DNA of 64,000 bases from positions 8,742 through 72,741 of the IMG/VR virus record IMGVR_UViG_3300028829_004140. One strand, written 5' to 3'. Source of the stretch: a virus. The notes below the pieces were generated by a model. It was not told the origin of the DNA. It was given only the letters and a program-made list of their open reading frames with translations, and made no database searches. Positions within the stretch are counted from its first letter, which is position 1. Every line of letters starts with the position of its first letter. Below, one piece after another: positions 1 to 9,900 of this stretch. The position numbers were made by a program, and so were the translations under genes.

Positions 1-323
1 TTGTGTTTTATATTATGAGTGAAAATCACTGGGAAACGGTAAATCTGATGGATACTGTGATTTCTCAGAACGATAGAGCAATAAAATTATACGATTCTAC
101 ACAGGTAGCGGCTTCTGGTGTTTCTCCTTACACTTTTGAAAACGGTAGGCAGAGAGAGTTAAGAGATCATGCTAGAGCTAGTGGTATTTATCCTAGTTTG
201 GTTGAAAACTATCCTTATAGAAAGTGCTGGATTAATAATTCTAAGGGAAATGCAATTACGCAGCTTTCTGTTGATCTTTATATGGGGGTTGCTCGTTGTT
301 CTACGGAAATTGGGCCTGTTTAG
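1..323 (+). CDS. 5'-truncated virion structural protein (possible tail completion/terminator)
   Basis: The frame is open from the window edge and lies immediately upstream of the tail tube-like gene. Function is inferred from position only. Confidence 0.35.
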   Translation, partial: VFYIMSENHWETVNLMDTVISQNDRAIKLYDSTQVAASGVSPYTFENGRQRELRDHARASGIYPSLVENYPYRKCWINNSKGNAITQLSVDLYMGVARCSTEIGPV

Positions 324-331
324 TTGATTTT

Positions 332-347
332 TGTGTATATATTATTA
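332..347 (+). promoter_or_regulatory. Putative late promoter motif TGTGTATA-N4-TAT
   Basis: TGTGTATA also occurs in intergenic DNA upstream of the structural genes at 3855 and 20210. Confidence 0.5.
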
Positions 348-390
348 GCCCTTTACCAGAGGACTTAAATAAAATCTAAGGAGAATAATT

Positions 391-1425
391 ATGGGTAGAA
401 ATGATAGAATTTTCTACGCTTGTCAAGCAGTAGCAATTGCTAAAACCGGGGTCACCCCCGAAGCTAAACATATTGCGCGTGGTTTGCAAAGTGTTGGAAT
501 GAACTCTAACTTTTCACTGGATCAAATTTTTGAAATTGGTCAGCTTGAAATTTATGAGAACGTAGAAGATGTTGCAGACATCGAAGTTTCGCTTGAAAAG
601 GTTATTGATGGAGAGACTTTATTGTTTACTCTTGCTTCGAATGGTCTTGCTTCGGTCGACTTGGTTGCCGCCGTTAAAAATCGTTCAGATGTTTATCTGT
701 CGATCTTTGATGATGCTCAATCAAACGCTACGGGGACGGCTCGCAACGTATGTTGGAACTCTGGATGCTATATTTCCAACGTTTCTTACAGCTACAATGT
801 TGACGGAAATGCAACAGAGTCTTTAGGTCTGGTTGGTAACGATAGGTTCTGGAACAGTGTCGCCGGTGGAACTGGTTCCAATGCAACCGCTCAGTTTGCA
901 ACAATCACTACTGGTCAATTTGGATCGGACTCACCACTTTCCGGTGTTGTTCGTAGAAACGACATTGACCTTGCTAATAGTGAACTTCCAGATCTTGTTA
1001 AGTCTCAAGAGGGTGACTTGGCTAATGTTCCCATTGGGAATGAGAACTACCATCTCCAGTCCGTTTCTATTAGTGCTGACTTTGGTCAGGAGAACTTGCT
1101 TGAATTGGGTCGATTTGGACCTTACGCTAAGTTCGTGACTTTCCCAATTGAGGTTAGTTGTGAGTTTGAAGTTATTGCAACTTCCGGTGATCTAAAGAGT
1201 GTTTCGGGTATCAACAAGAACTTGGTAGACCAAGATATTCTGATTAAAGATAGCGCCGGAACTGTTATTGACCTCGGTAGTGGTGGCAGTGGAAAGAATA
1301 AACTTTCTTCGATCTCTTACTCTGGTGGTGACGCCGGTGGAGGTAACTCGACTGTTACTTACTCTTACACCAATTTCAATTCATTAATCGTTGATGATGG
1401 CTCAGACTTTGCAGCATCATCTTAA
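391..1425 (+). CDS. Major tail (tube) protein with an internally duplicated domain
   Basis: Beta-rich, acidic, Ser/Gly-rich protein with a GGAG RBS, placed ahead of the chaperones and TMP. It has two LQSV..F..E.G repeats. Confidence 0.6.
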   Translation: MGRNDRIFYACQAVAIAKTGVTPEAKHIARGLQSVGMNSNFSLDQIFEIGQLEIYENVEDVADIEVSLEKVIDGETLLFTLASNGLASVDLVAAVKNRSDVYLSIFDDAQSNATGTARNVCWNSGCYISNVSYSYNVDGNATESLGLVGNDRFWNSVAGGTGSNATAQFATITTGQFGSDSPLSGVVRRNDIDLANSELPDLVKSQEGDLANVPIGNENYHLQSVSISADFGQENLLELGRFGPYAKFVTFPIEVSCEFEVIATSGDLKSVSGINKNLVDQDILIKDSAGTVIDLGSGGSGKNKLSSISYSGGDAGGGNSTVTYSYTNFNSLIVDDGSDFAASS

Positions 1426-1455
1426 CCTTTAAAGTATTAGTAAAAGGATTAGGAC

Positions 1456-2508
1456 TTGGATGATATTTACTACGAGGGAATTTTAAACAGAATTATCCAA
1501 GGTCGTCTGCGAATAAATGTAGACGGCCTTGTTCTGTTTATTTATGAACCAGACAGCTTTATTTTAGAAGAATCTTACGAGGTTTACGAAGAAGCAAAAA
1601 GAAAAGCTTATTTTTCTGGGTGTTATTTAAAAGATGATGCAGTTAATTTACTTTGCGAGTTGGGGTTGTGGACTCCGTTTGATAAAAAAACATCGAAAGA
1701 GTTAGAAAAAACCATAGAAGATTTAAAGGTTCATTTATATGAGAACTTTTTTAAAAAGAAGGAAGCGATAGGAATAAAGGCTAATATTAGGATGAAAGAA
1801 AAATTGAGGGATGAGATACTTCAAAAAGAGAGGCAGTTTGATTATCTTACCTGTGAAGGTGTTGCTGGTTTTACTAGAAAGTCTTGGATTCTTTCCAACA
1901 CTACTAAAACTATCGAGGGTGACACTTATGATTTTAAAGAAAACGCTCCTAGCAAAATTTTAGACATATACGGAGCTAAGACCATAACAACAAAAGAATT
2001 TAGAAAAGTTGCTAGATCTTCTCCATTTAGGTCTATGTGGACAAGCTCTAAAACAAGAGGTGACGTTTTTGGAAAATGCGCTGTTAAAATGGATGGACAG
2101 CAGTTGGCTTTAGTTTCTTATGCAATGATGTATGACAATGTTTACGAAAACCCGGAGCAACCATCAGACAGTGTTATAAATGATGATGATGCTTTAGATG
2201 GCTGGTTCATTGTTCAAAAAAGAAAGCATGAAAAGGATAGAAAAGCATCAGAAGCTGATGGAATATTATCTGGTTCAATAAATCAAAACGCTCAAGAAGT
2301 CATGCTTATGGCTAATAGTAGCGAAGATGCCAAGAATATTTATGACCTAAATAATGATCATGCAAGGATGAAGCTCGCCACAAGGCAGAGTCAGATTGAT
2401 GCAAATGATGGCGAATTACACTTTAAAGATTTTGCGGACATTAAACAAGAAAGAGCTATTAACGCAGTACAAACTGGACTAGCAGCGGTTAAAGGAAGTA
2501 AAAAATGA
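1456..2508 (+). CDS. Tail assembly chaperone-like protein (paralog of 2888..3847)
   Basis: Lies between the tube gene and the TMP. Shares Y..A.RKA..SG, G[LI]W and EG.A...R motifs with 2888..3847. Confidence 0.4.
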   Translation: MDDIYYEGILNRIIQGRLRINVDGLVLFIYEPDSFILEESYEVYEEAKRKAYFSGCYLKDDAVNLLCELGLWTPFDKKTSKELEKTIEDLKVHLYENFFKKKEAIGIKANIRMKEKLRDEILQKERQFDYLTCEGVAGFTRKSWILSNTTKTIEGDTYDFKENAPSKILDIYGAKTITTKEFRKVARSSPFRSMWTSSKTRGDVFGKCAVKMDGQQLALVSYAMMYDNVYENPEQPSDSVINDDDALDGWFIVQKRKHEKDRKASEADGILSGSINQNAQEVMLMANSSEDAKNIYDLNNDHARMKLATRQSQIDANDGELHFKDFADIKQERAINAVQTGLAAVKGSKK

Positions 2509-2885
2509 CAAAAGAAAAAGAAGGAGAATACAACAACTTCTTAAAGAAGTCAATAGACTTAAAAAACATAAGGGAGCAGAGAAAAAAAGAGGTTTCTAAA
2601 GATGAACTCTTTAAAATCTGCAAAAAGAAAATTCAAACTACCATGATTGGAGCGTTGGACGTTGTAGAAAAGCGTTTTGGGTTTCTATGGTCTTTTGAAG
2701 GTGGTGACGATTTATCGGAAGAGCAAAAACAACTAAAGGATATATACGACGAAGCCAGAGCCGATATTCTCGACAAAGGAAATACTCAGATAAGAAACTT
2801 AGAAGCAGAATTTTCAGATTACGAGGTCACAAAAAAGAGATATTCAATTAATTTACCTATTTCAGAAAATAACTTAGGAGAGTAA
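2505..2885 (+). CDS. Hypothetical protein in the tail operon
   Basis: 126-aa ORF with an ATGA overlap to the upstream gene and a GGA RBS. Confidence 0.6.
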   Translation: MTKEKEGEYNNFLKKSIDLKNIREQRKKEVSKDELFKICKKKIQTTMIGALDVVEKRFGFLWSFEGGDDLSEEQKQLKDIYDEARADILDKGNTQIRNLEAEFSDYEVTKKRYSINLPISENNLGE

Positions 2886-2887
2886 GA

Positions 2888-3847
2888 ATGGAAAATAATA
2901 AAACTATTGACGGTGTAGATAATAGCGGTAACTCGGTAAAGGTTATGCTTAAAACGCCCGGACCACAAGAATATAGAGATTCTCAGATTGAATACAACAA
3001 GGCTTTCAGGAAGGCTCTGGATTCAGGAGCGTTGCTGCGGCAAAAGTTAACTGATTATATGACTGATCAGGGCATATGGAACGATGATAAGGAGAAAAAA
3101 AATGAAAGGTTTATCGAGGAAATAAGTGCTAAAGAAGAAATTATCAATAGTGGCGGTATTAAACTATCGGAAGCTAGAGATATTGCCTTGGAACTAAGAG
3201 GTCTTCGTTATGAGTTTAGGGAATTTATTGCAGAAAAAAATTCTTTAGATCAAAATTCCGTAGAAGGACAGGCGGATAATGCCCGATTTTCTGAACTGGT
3301 CAGGCTTTGTATGCTCAACCCTAACACAAAAAAGCCATATTTTCAAACTCAAAAGGATTATGACGCAAGTAGTGATCAGCCTTGGGTGGTAGAGGCTTCG
3401 TCAGAACTTGCTAGTATGATTTATGGGCTTGATCCTGACTATGACAATAAGTTGACAGAAAATAAGTTTCTTAAAGAGTTTGATTTTGTAAACGAAGAAC
3501 TTAGACTTGTTAATGACAATGGACACCTTGTAGACATAGAGGGAAGACTCATTGACGAAGACGGTCGTTACGTAGCTTATCGAAATGACAAACAGATAGA
3601 TAAAAATAAGTATTTTGTTAATAATTCTGGAGAAGAGGTTATTTCTATCACGGACGACGATGGAAATACTACTTGGGTAAAAAAGGGTAAAGAAGTTAGA
3701 CAGCCTTTCTTGGATGATGACGGAAATCCTATAGTATCCGCTAAAAAGGAAGACCTAGAAAGCGAAGAGGATTTGGTTGCAAAGGAAGTTAAATCAAAAT
3801 CCAAAAGGACTAGAAAACCTGTTGAGTCAAAAAAAACATCTAGTTAA
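2888..3847 (+). CDS. Tail assembly chaperone-like protein
   Basis: Acidic and helical, immediately upstream of the TMP, with an AGGAG RBS. Confidence 0.45.
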   Translation: MENNKTIDGVDNSGNSVKVMLKTPGPQEYRDSQIEYNKAFRKALDSGALLRQKLTDYMTDQGIWNDDKEKKNERFIEEISAKEEIINSGGIKLSEARDIALELRGLRYEFREFIAEKNSLDQNSVEGQADNARFSELVRLCMLNPNTKKPYFQTQKDYDASSDQPWVVEASSELASMIYGLDPDYDNKLTENKFLKEFDFVNEELRLVNDNGHLVDIEGRLIDEDGRYVAYRNDKQIDKNKYFVNNSGEEVISITDDDGNTTWVKKGKEVRQPFLDDDGNPIVSAKKEDLESEEDLVAKEVKSKSKRTRKPVESKKTSS

Positions 3848-3854
3848 TAATAAT

Positions 3855-3870
3855 TGTGTATAGAATTATG
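3855..3870 (+). promoter_or_regulatory. Putative late promoter motif TGTGTATA-N4-TAT upstream of the TMP
   Basis: Same motif as at 332 and 20210. Confidence 0.5.
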
Positions 3871-3880
3871 GGAAAATAAT

Positions 3881-3909
3881 AATGGGGCACATTTTGCCCC
3901 GTTAGTTTT
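3881..3909 (+). terminator. GC-rich hairpin (terminator or 5'-UTR stem) before the TMP
   Basis: AATGGGGCA-CATTT-TGCCCCGTT followed by AGTTTT. Confidence 0.4.
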
Positions 3910-3926
3910 AGCATAAGAAGGTAAAA

Positions 3927-6900
3927 ATGGCAGCTTTCAATCTAACGGCAGAAATACAACTACAGGCTCCTAACACAAAAGGAGTCGCTAGTCAAATTCA
4001 ACGAGACCTTAATGGTATAAAGCTTAATATTGACGTTGGTAAAAACGCAAGGAATTTAGCCTCTCTTCAGCAAAATTTGAATGGTCTTGCTAAACAAGGA
4101 GATAGGACTTCTAAGAGCTTTAATATTTTGAGCCGAAATGTTGCAGAGGCGGCCCGCAGGTTCAGTGTTATTACTGTTGCTACAGGAAGTTTCATTGCTC
4201 TTGCTAGAGGGGTTAAAACCTCTATTGGTAGTGCTATTGAGTTCCAAAGAGAGCTTGTAAAAATTTCTCAGGTTACTGGAAAAAGCATAGACCAATTAAA
4301 AGGACTGCAAAGTGAGGTTACTAGGCTTTCTACTACTTTAGGTGTATCTAATGCTGAACTTCTTCAAACCTCTAGAGTTTTAGCTCAAGCGGGTCTTTCT
4401 GCCTTGAAAACTAGGCAAGCCTTGGATGTTCTGGCGCAAACAACCCTAGCACCTACGTTCGATACAATTATCGACACTACGGAAGGTGCAATTGCTATTC
4501 TTAATCAGTTTGGTAGACAGGCGGCAAAAACTGGCAATGATATCAGGTTCTTGGAAGAGTCGCTAGATGCTATAAACGCTGTTTCTAAGAATTTTGCTGT
4601 AGAGTCTTCTGATCTTATTGCAACGGTTCGTAGGACTGGTGGTGTATTTGAGGCTGCCGGTGGTAATCTTAAAGAACTGATAGCATTATTCACAAGTGTT
4701 CGTCAAACTACTCGCGAGGGTGCTGAAACTATTGCTACTGGTTTCCGTACAATTTTCACTAGGTTGCAGAGAAAGGATACTATTGAAGCTCTTAATGAAT
4801 TGGGCATTAGTTTGCAGGATGCGGAGGGTAAGTTTATAGGACCGCTAAAGGCCATTGAAAAATTAGCTATTGGTCTTTCTGGGTTAGATCCTAAAGATGT
4901 TCGATTTAATGAAATTGTTGAACAGCTTGGTGGTTTTCGTCAAATTGGTAAGGTTATTCCTCTTATTAAACAGTTTCAGGTTACACAGCAGGCTTTGGCT
5001 GTAGCCAATAATTCTGTTGGTTCCACTTCTAAGGATGCTCAAGAAGCTCAGAAAGCTTTGTCTGTGCAATTAGGTAAAACTAGAGAATCTTTTGACGCTC
5101 TTATTCGTAAGTTTACAGACAGTTCTACTTTTCAAGATTCGGCTAAATTTGTTCTTAAACTTGCTAACACATTCTTAAAGTTTGCTGAATCTCTTGAAAC
5201 TGTGCTACCATTGTTGACACAGATTGCCGCTATAAAGTTAGGTAGAAGTTTAGCTCCGGGACTTAGCCAGATTTTTGGCAGGGGTGCGCAAAAAAGAAAT
5301 GCTGGTGGAAAGATATTGGGCTTTAACTCTGGTGGTGTGGTTCCCGGAAGCGGTAATCGCGATACTGTTCCAGCCATGCTTACTCCGGGAGAGTTTGTCA
5401 TAAGAAAGAGTAGCGTTAATAAGCTAGGCGCTGGTACTCTCGCGGCGATGAATGAAAATAGATTCAATAGAGGCGCTCGCATAAAAGAAGAATTAGATCA
5501 GCAAAGAAAAACAGATGTTTTTGACTTTAAAGAGGGCGCGACTATAAAGGCTGGCAAGGGCGGATCTGGAAGCCTCAAGGCGGCATTAACTCAGGCAGAT
5601 TTACAAGCTGATGTTGATCCTTACCAAGCCGTATTTCTAAGACCTGAAGCTAAAGGCAAGCAATTTAATGGTGAGATATCAGCTAGTAATTTAAAAACAG
5701 CTGTTAAAGAGGCGATTGAAGGAACTAATATTCCGAAAACAGAATTAGGCACGGCAAACCAGATTGCTGAAAGATACGCAAAAAGAAACAAATTCACATT
5801 AACCGCCGGATCTTTAGCCGCGCCTGAATCTGCGAGACTTGAGGGAACTCTTTTAGATGGTGTTTTTGAGACAGCTAAACGAGGCGCTAAAGATATAAAT
5901 AATAGTCTTGGTATACAGGGCGAAAAGAATATAGCGACAGCTCTTAGGTCTGCCAATATAGATCAAGTTTTGGGTAATTTGTTTGAAGTTGTTTTAAGTA
6001 ATGCTGGCGCTCCGTTTGGTATGCCGGACACAGATCCGCCCAATGCTCCATTTGATTTTCCTTCTGGTCTTGGTGATATGGCTAAAAAGTTTGGATTGCA
6101 ACAAGGCATAGAGACAGAGGCAAAATCATTTTTCTCAGGGGATAATTTAGCCACGATAAATAAAAAAATACAAAATCAATTAATAAATGAGTCTATAGAT
6201 GAGCTTAGGGCTATATACAGACAAAATTTGACTGGGAGCAAAGAGATATCTTTAGATGAGGCGAAAAAGGCTTTTGGTTCAACTAGATTAAATAAAGATG
6301 ATGTGACTAGACTTGCAGAGGAAAGAGGGTTAGATTTTACAGGACTTGGAGGCGGCAAGTATACTCTAAATAAAAAAAATGCCGGAGGAGGTATTTCTGG
6401 TTCTGACACGGTTCCAGCTTTGCTGACTCCCGGTGAGTTTGTTATGAACAAAAGTGCTTCACAAAGTATTGGCTATACCAATCTAAACAGAATGAACAAG
6501 CATGGCGTTCAGGGGTATGCTGATGGCGGAATAGTTGGTTTCCAAAGTTATGCTACTGGCACCGGCACTCTTGGCGCAAGGAGTGCTGGGGCTGTTAACT
6601 TTAAAGGCATTAATAGCATCACGGGCGCGGTTTCAAGGCTAAGTAAATCACTGGCTAAGATGGGAGTTTCTGTTGATAATCAAATTCCTGTTTTGAAAAA
6701 ATTTGAAGAGGAACTAAAAAATGGAGTCAAGGCTTCTGAAGCTATCGCTAGAACCTTTGAAGATACTGATATTAATGTTAGCAAGACTTCTGATAAACCA
6801 GATGGTAGTTCCGACGATCTTCGAGAGGCATTGGAAGGCGTTGCTGACTCTTCCGAAGAAGTATCGGACGCAAATAAAGAACAGGCTAGTAAAATTAGAG

Positions 6901-9900
6901 GAATTGGGGAAACTTTTAATAAAGTATCAACTGCTGCATTAGCTATATCTTTCGCTGGCGGAACTTTAATTGAGTCTTTTGGTGGTATCACCGAAGAACA
7001 AAAGGTGTTCAGTCAAGCGGTTCTAAATACGGTTAGTGCAAACCTTGCTTTAGGGGGCCAATTCGCATCTTTAGGCTATGAAGTCGCTGCTCAAATTTCT
7101 ACCAGTTCCATTCTTAAAAAATCGACACTACAAACTGCTTTAGCTTTGGATAAGTTGAGCGGATCTGCTACTAAAACTAGTGCTACTGGTGGCAGTGGTA
7201 GCGCTGTCGGTAATGCGGCTGGAAAAGCTCTTGGCGTGGCTGCTACGGCAGTGGCTGTGGGTTTTATTGTGTCCTCTATTGTAAAGGGTATCACCGAGGG
7301 TTACAAAGCGGTTGAAAGACTTCAACTGGATGCAGCCAACAAAGTAGCCGATAAGCAATTAGAGGCTTTGGAGGAGGGTCGTGGTGCGAGTGAAAAAGAT
7401 TTTGTATCGGCAAGACAGAAAGCGGCGGGAGCAGACCTAAATATACAGAGATTGGAAGAACAGGGTTCAGCCGGTTCTTCTGCGGCTTTAACAACAGGCG
7501 TAGTTGTTGGGACTGCTGGCCTTGCTGTATCAGCGGGTTCGGCTGCCATAGCGGCTAGTTCTTTAACAGGTAGTCTCGCGACTGCTGCCGTTGCTGTCAA
7601 CGCCATTCCCGTAGCGGGACAGGTCGCATCCGTTGCCCTTATTGCCGCTGCTGCTGCTGCTAGCGCTGCTACTTTTGCTTTTTACGCTGCCGCCGAAAGC
7701 GAGAAGGAGAAGGCAGAGGTTAATGAATTATTAGCTAAGACTTCTAAAAATTATGCCCTTACTCAGTTTAGGTCTATCAAGGCCGCAAAAGCTCTAACAG
7801 ACAACCTGCAATCCGCTGCTGACGCAGGTGCTTCTGCCTCGACCCAAATAGGAATTCTTGCTAGTGCAACAAACAATGCACAGTCTGAAATTAAAAATAA
7901 TGCATCTCGACTTAGTGATGCAACTGAACAAGAAGCAGAGCTTCGTAAAAAACTTATAGATCAGGGGGTTCTTACCGAAAAGGGCAACGTTTCTTCTGGT
8001 GCAGACACCGATGACGACAGTGTTAAAGACCAGCTAAAAACTCTTGAACAGCTAACCAAGCAAAGAGAAGCTGCCGAAAAAGCGGATATCGAACTTATAA
8101 AAACAACCACACAAAAAGCCGCTGTTTTTAGAACTTTGGCTCAAAAGGCTGTTTCAGAGGGTTTGACAGAGATTGGCAAACTGGGACCGGCTGCTTTAGC
8201 TAATATTAACGGTCTTGACGGGTTGGCTAAAATTACTCCGGATCTTTCTAGATCAATTACAGTCGCAAAGAACAAATTTGAAGAGCTTAAAAATCTAGAA
8301 CTTAAAAAGGCTTTAGAAGGAGAAGATGACGAAGGTGTTAAAAACGCATTAAGAAGAAAATCGGAAGCTGAGATCATTGTTTCCCAAATTGAACTCGTTA
8401 AAAGTGCAGAAGAACAAATTTTGGCACAGCAAAGAGTGGCAAGGGCATCGCTTTTAACAGAGCAGGCAGAAAGACAAAAAGCTTTGACCCTGCTCAAAGT
8501 AAATAAAAATCTTAGTGCCTTCAACTTGTTACTATTACAGAGTGACAAATTGAGCGGTCTTTATGACGCTGTTGAAGACTTTGGTAAAGGGGGAAGTTTT
8601 GGTGCCGTTAAGTTTGACACAAGTATTTTTGATATCACTTTCAAGCAATTAAACGACAAGGCGATTGAAAGAATTAACAATCTTGGCAGAGGTGCTATTG
8701 GCAAGGACGCCACTGGATTTGCCAAAAATATAAGAGATGTTAAAAATATAACAAAGGGTTTACCATCGGTATTTGAAAGTTTCCGAAGAAGCGGCAAGGA
8801 TTCAGAAATTGTAGATATTCCCACTCTTAAAAAACAGCTTTCTCAACAAATAGCAAGAGATGTGCCCGGAGGATTAGATGGGCTAGGCGGTGACATTCGT
8901 GCTATCATAGAGAAAAACGCAGACGAGGCTATTGGAAGCGGCATAAAAGGATCTTTAACTTTTGAAAGTCAGGAAAAACTTAACAAAGAACTTGAAGAGG
9001 CTATTCAGGGACAGATAGACGTTTTCAAGCGAGGGGTAGAAATTCAAAACCAGTTTTTACAAAAACTTGCAGATTTAGACTCTAAAATAATATCCGCTCA
9101 GGGAAGAATAATTGATGCTCAGGTTAGAGTTTCTGACGCATTTGAAAGAAATGCAGACAGGCTTGCAGACGCTAGTGAAAGACCTCGATCAAGACAGGAA
9201 AAAGAGGCGGGAAGACTTCGCACAGCTAGTATTGGTTTAGGGGCAACGGCTAGACAGGCCGGTGCTAGGGCTGGTGATGTAACCGCGACCGCAAAAGCTT
9301 TTAAGAGCTTAACTCTTGAATCAAGAAATTTAAGAAAAAAACAAAGACAGCTTGCCAGATCTACTTCACCTAATCCTAAAACTACGAACATGATTGCTAA
9401 ACTTGGCAGCTCGGCAAACGATGCAGCTAAAGGTGCGGCCAGAGCAAAGGCAGAATTAGAAAGGTTGGCAGATCAGTCGGCTAGAGCCGCAGATGTAGAA
9501 AAGGATTTGACAAAACTTAGAGAAAAAAGATCAGAAGCAGAGAGCCTGCAAGAATCTGTCGCTTTTGGAAGTGATGAACAAAGGCAGGAAATATTTAAAG
9601 GATTTAGATTACTTAATCAATCAATAATGCAGGGTGGTATCCAAGGCGCTAATAGTGAACAAAGGGCGTCTATTGGAAATGCTCTAGATTCTATCGGTAG
9701 CCAGCTTATTAATTTTGAAGGTCAGCAGGTTACAGGTAAAGAATTAAAACAAATCTTTGCAGCTAGAGAAACTGGAAGATTGGGCGCTTTCGGACTTAAT
9801 AATTTCATAGATAATCTTAGGAAAGCTGAAAACCCTTTGTTGGGCGAACTTAAAGACATCGCTAAAACAGAACTGACGGCTACTGCCGCCTTAGCGATGG

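Noticed and set aside
2505-2890. Lambda G/GT-type programmed frameshift in the chaperone region
   Set aside because: No convincing X XXY YYZ slippery site was seen near the ORF end, and the next gene has its own strong RBS and ATG.
7644-7670. (GCT)n microsatellite as a phase-variation tract
   Set aside because: It is an in-frame trinucleotide run that simply encodes poly-Ala in the hydrophobic segment.
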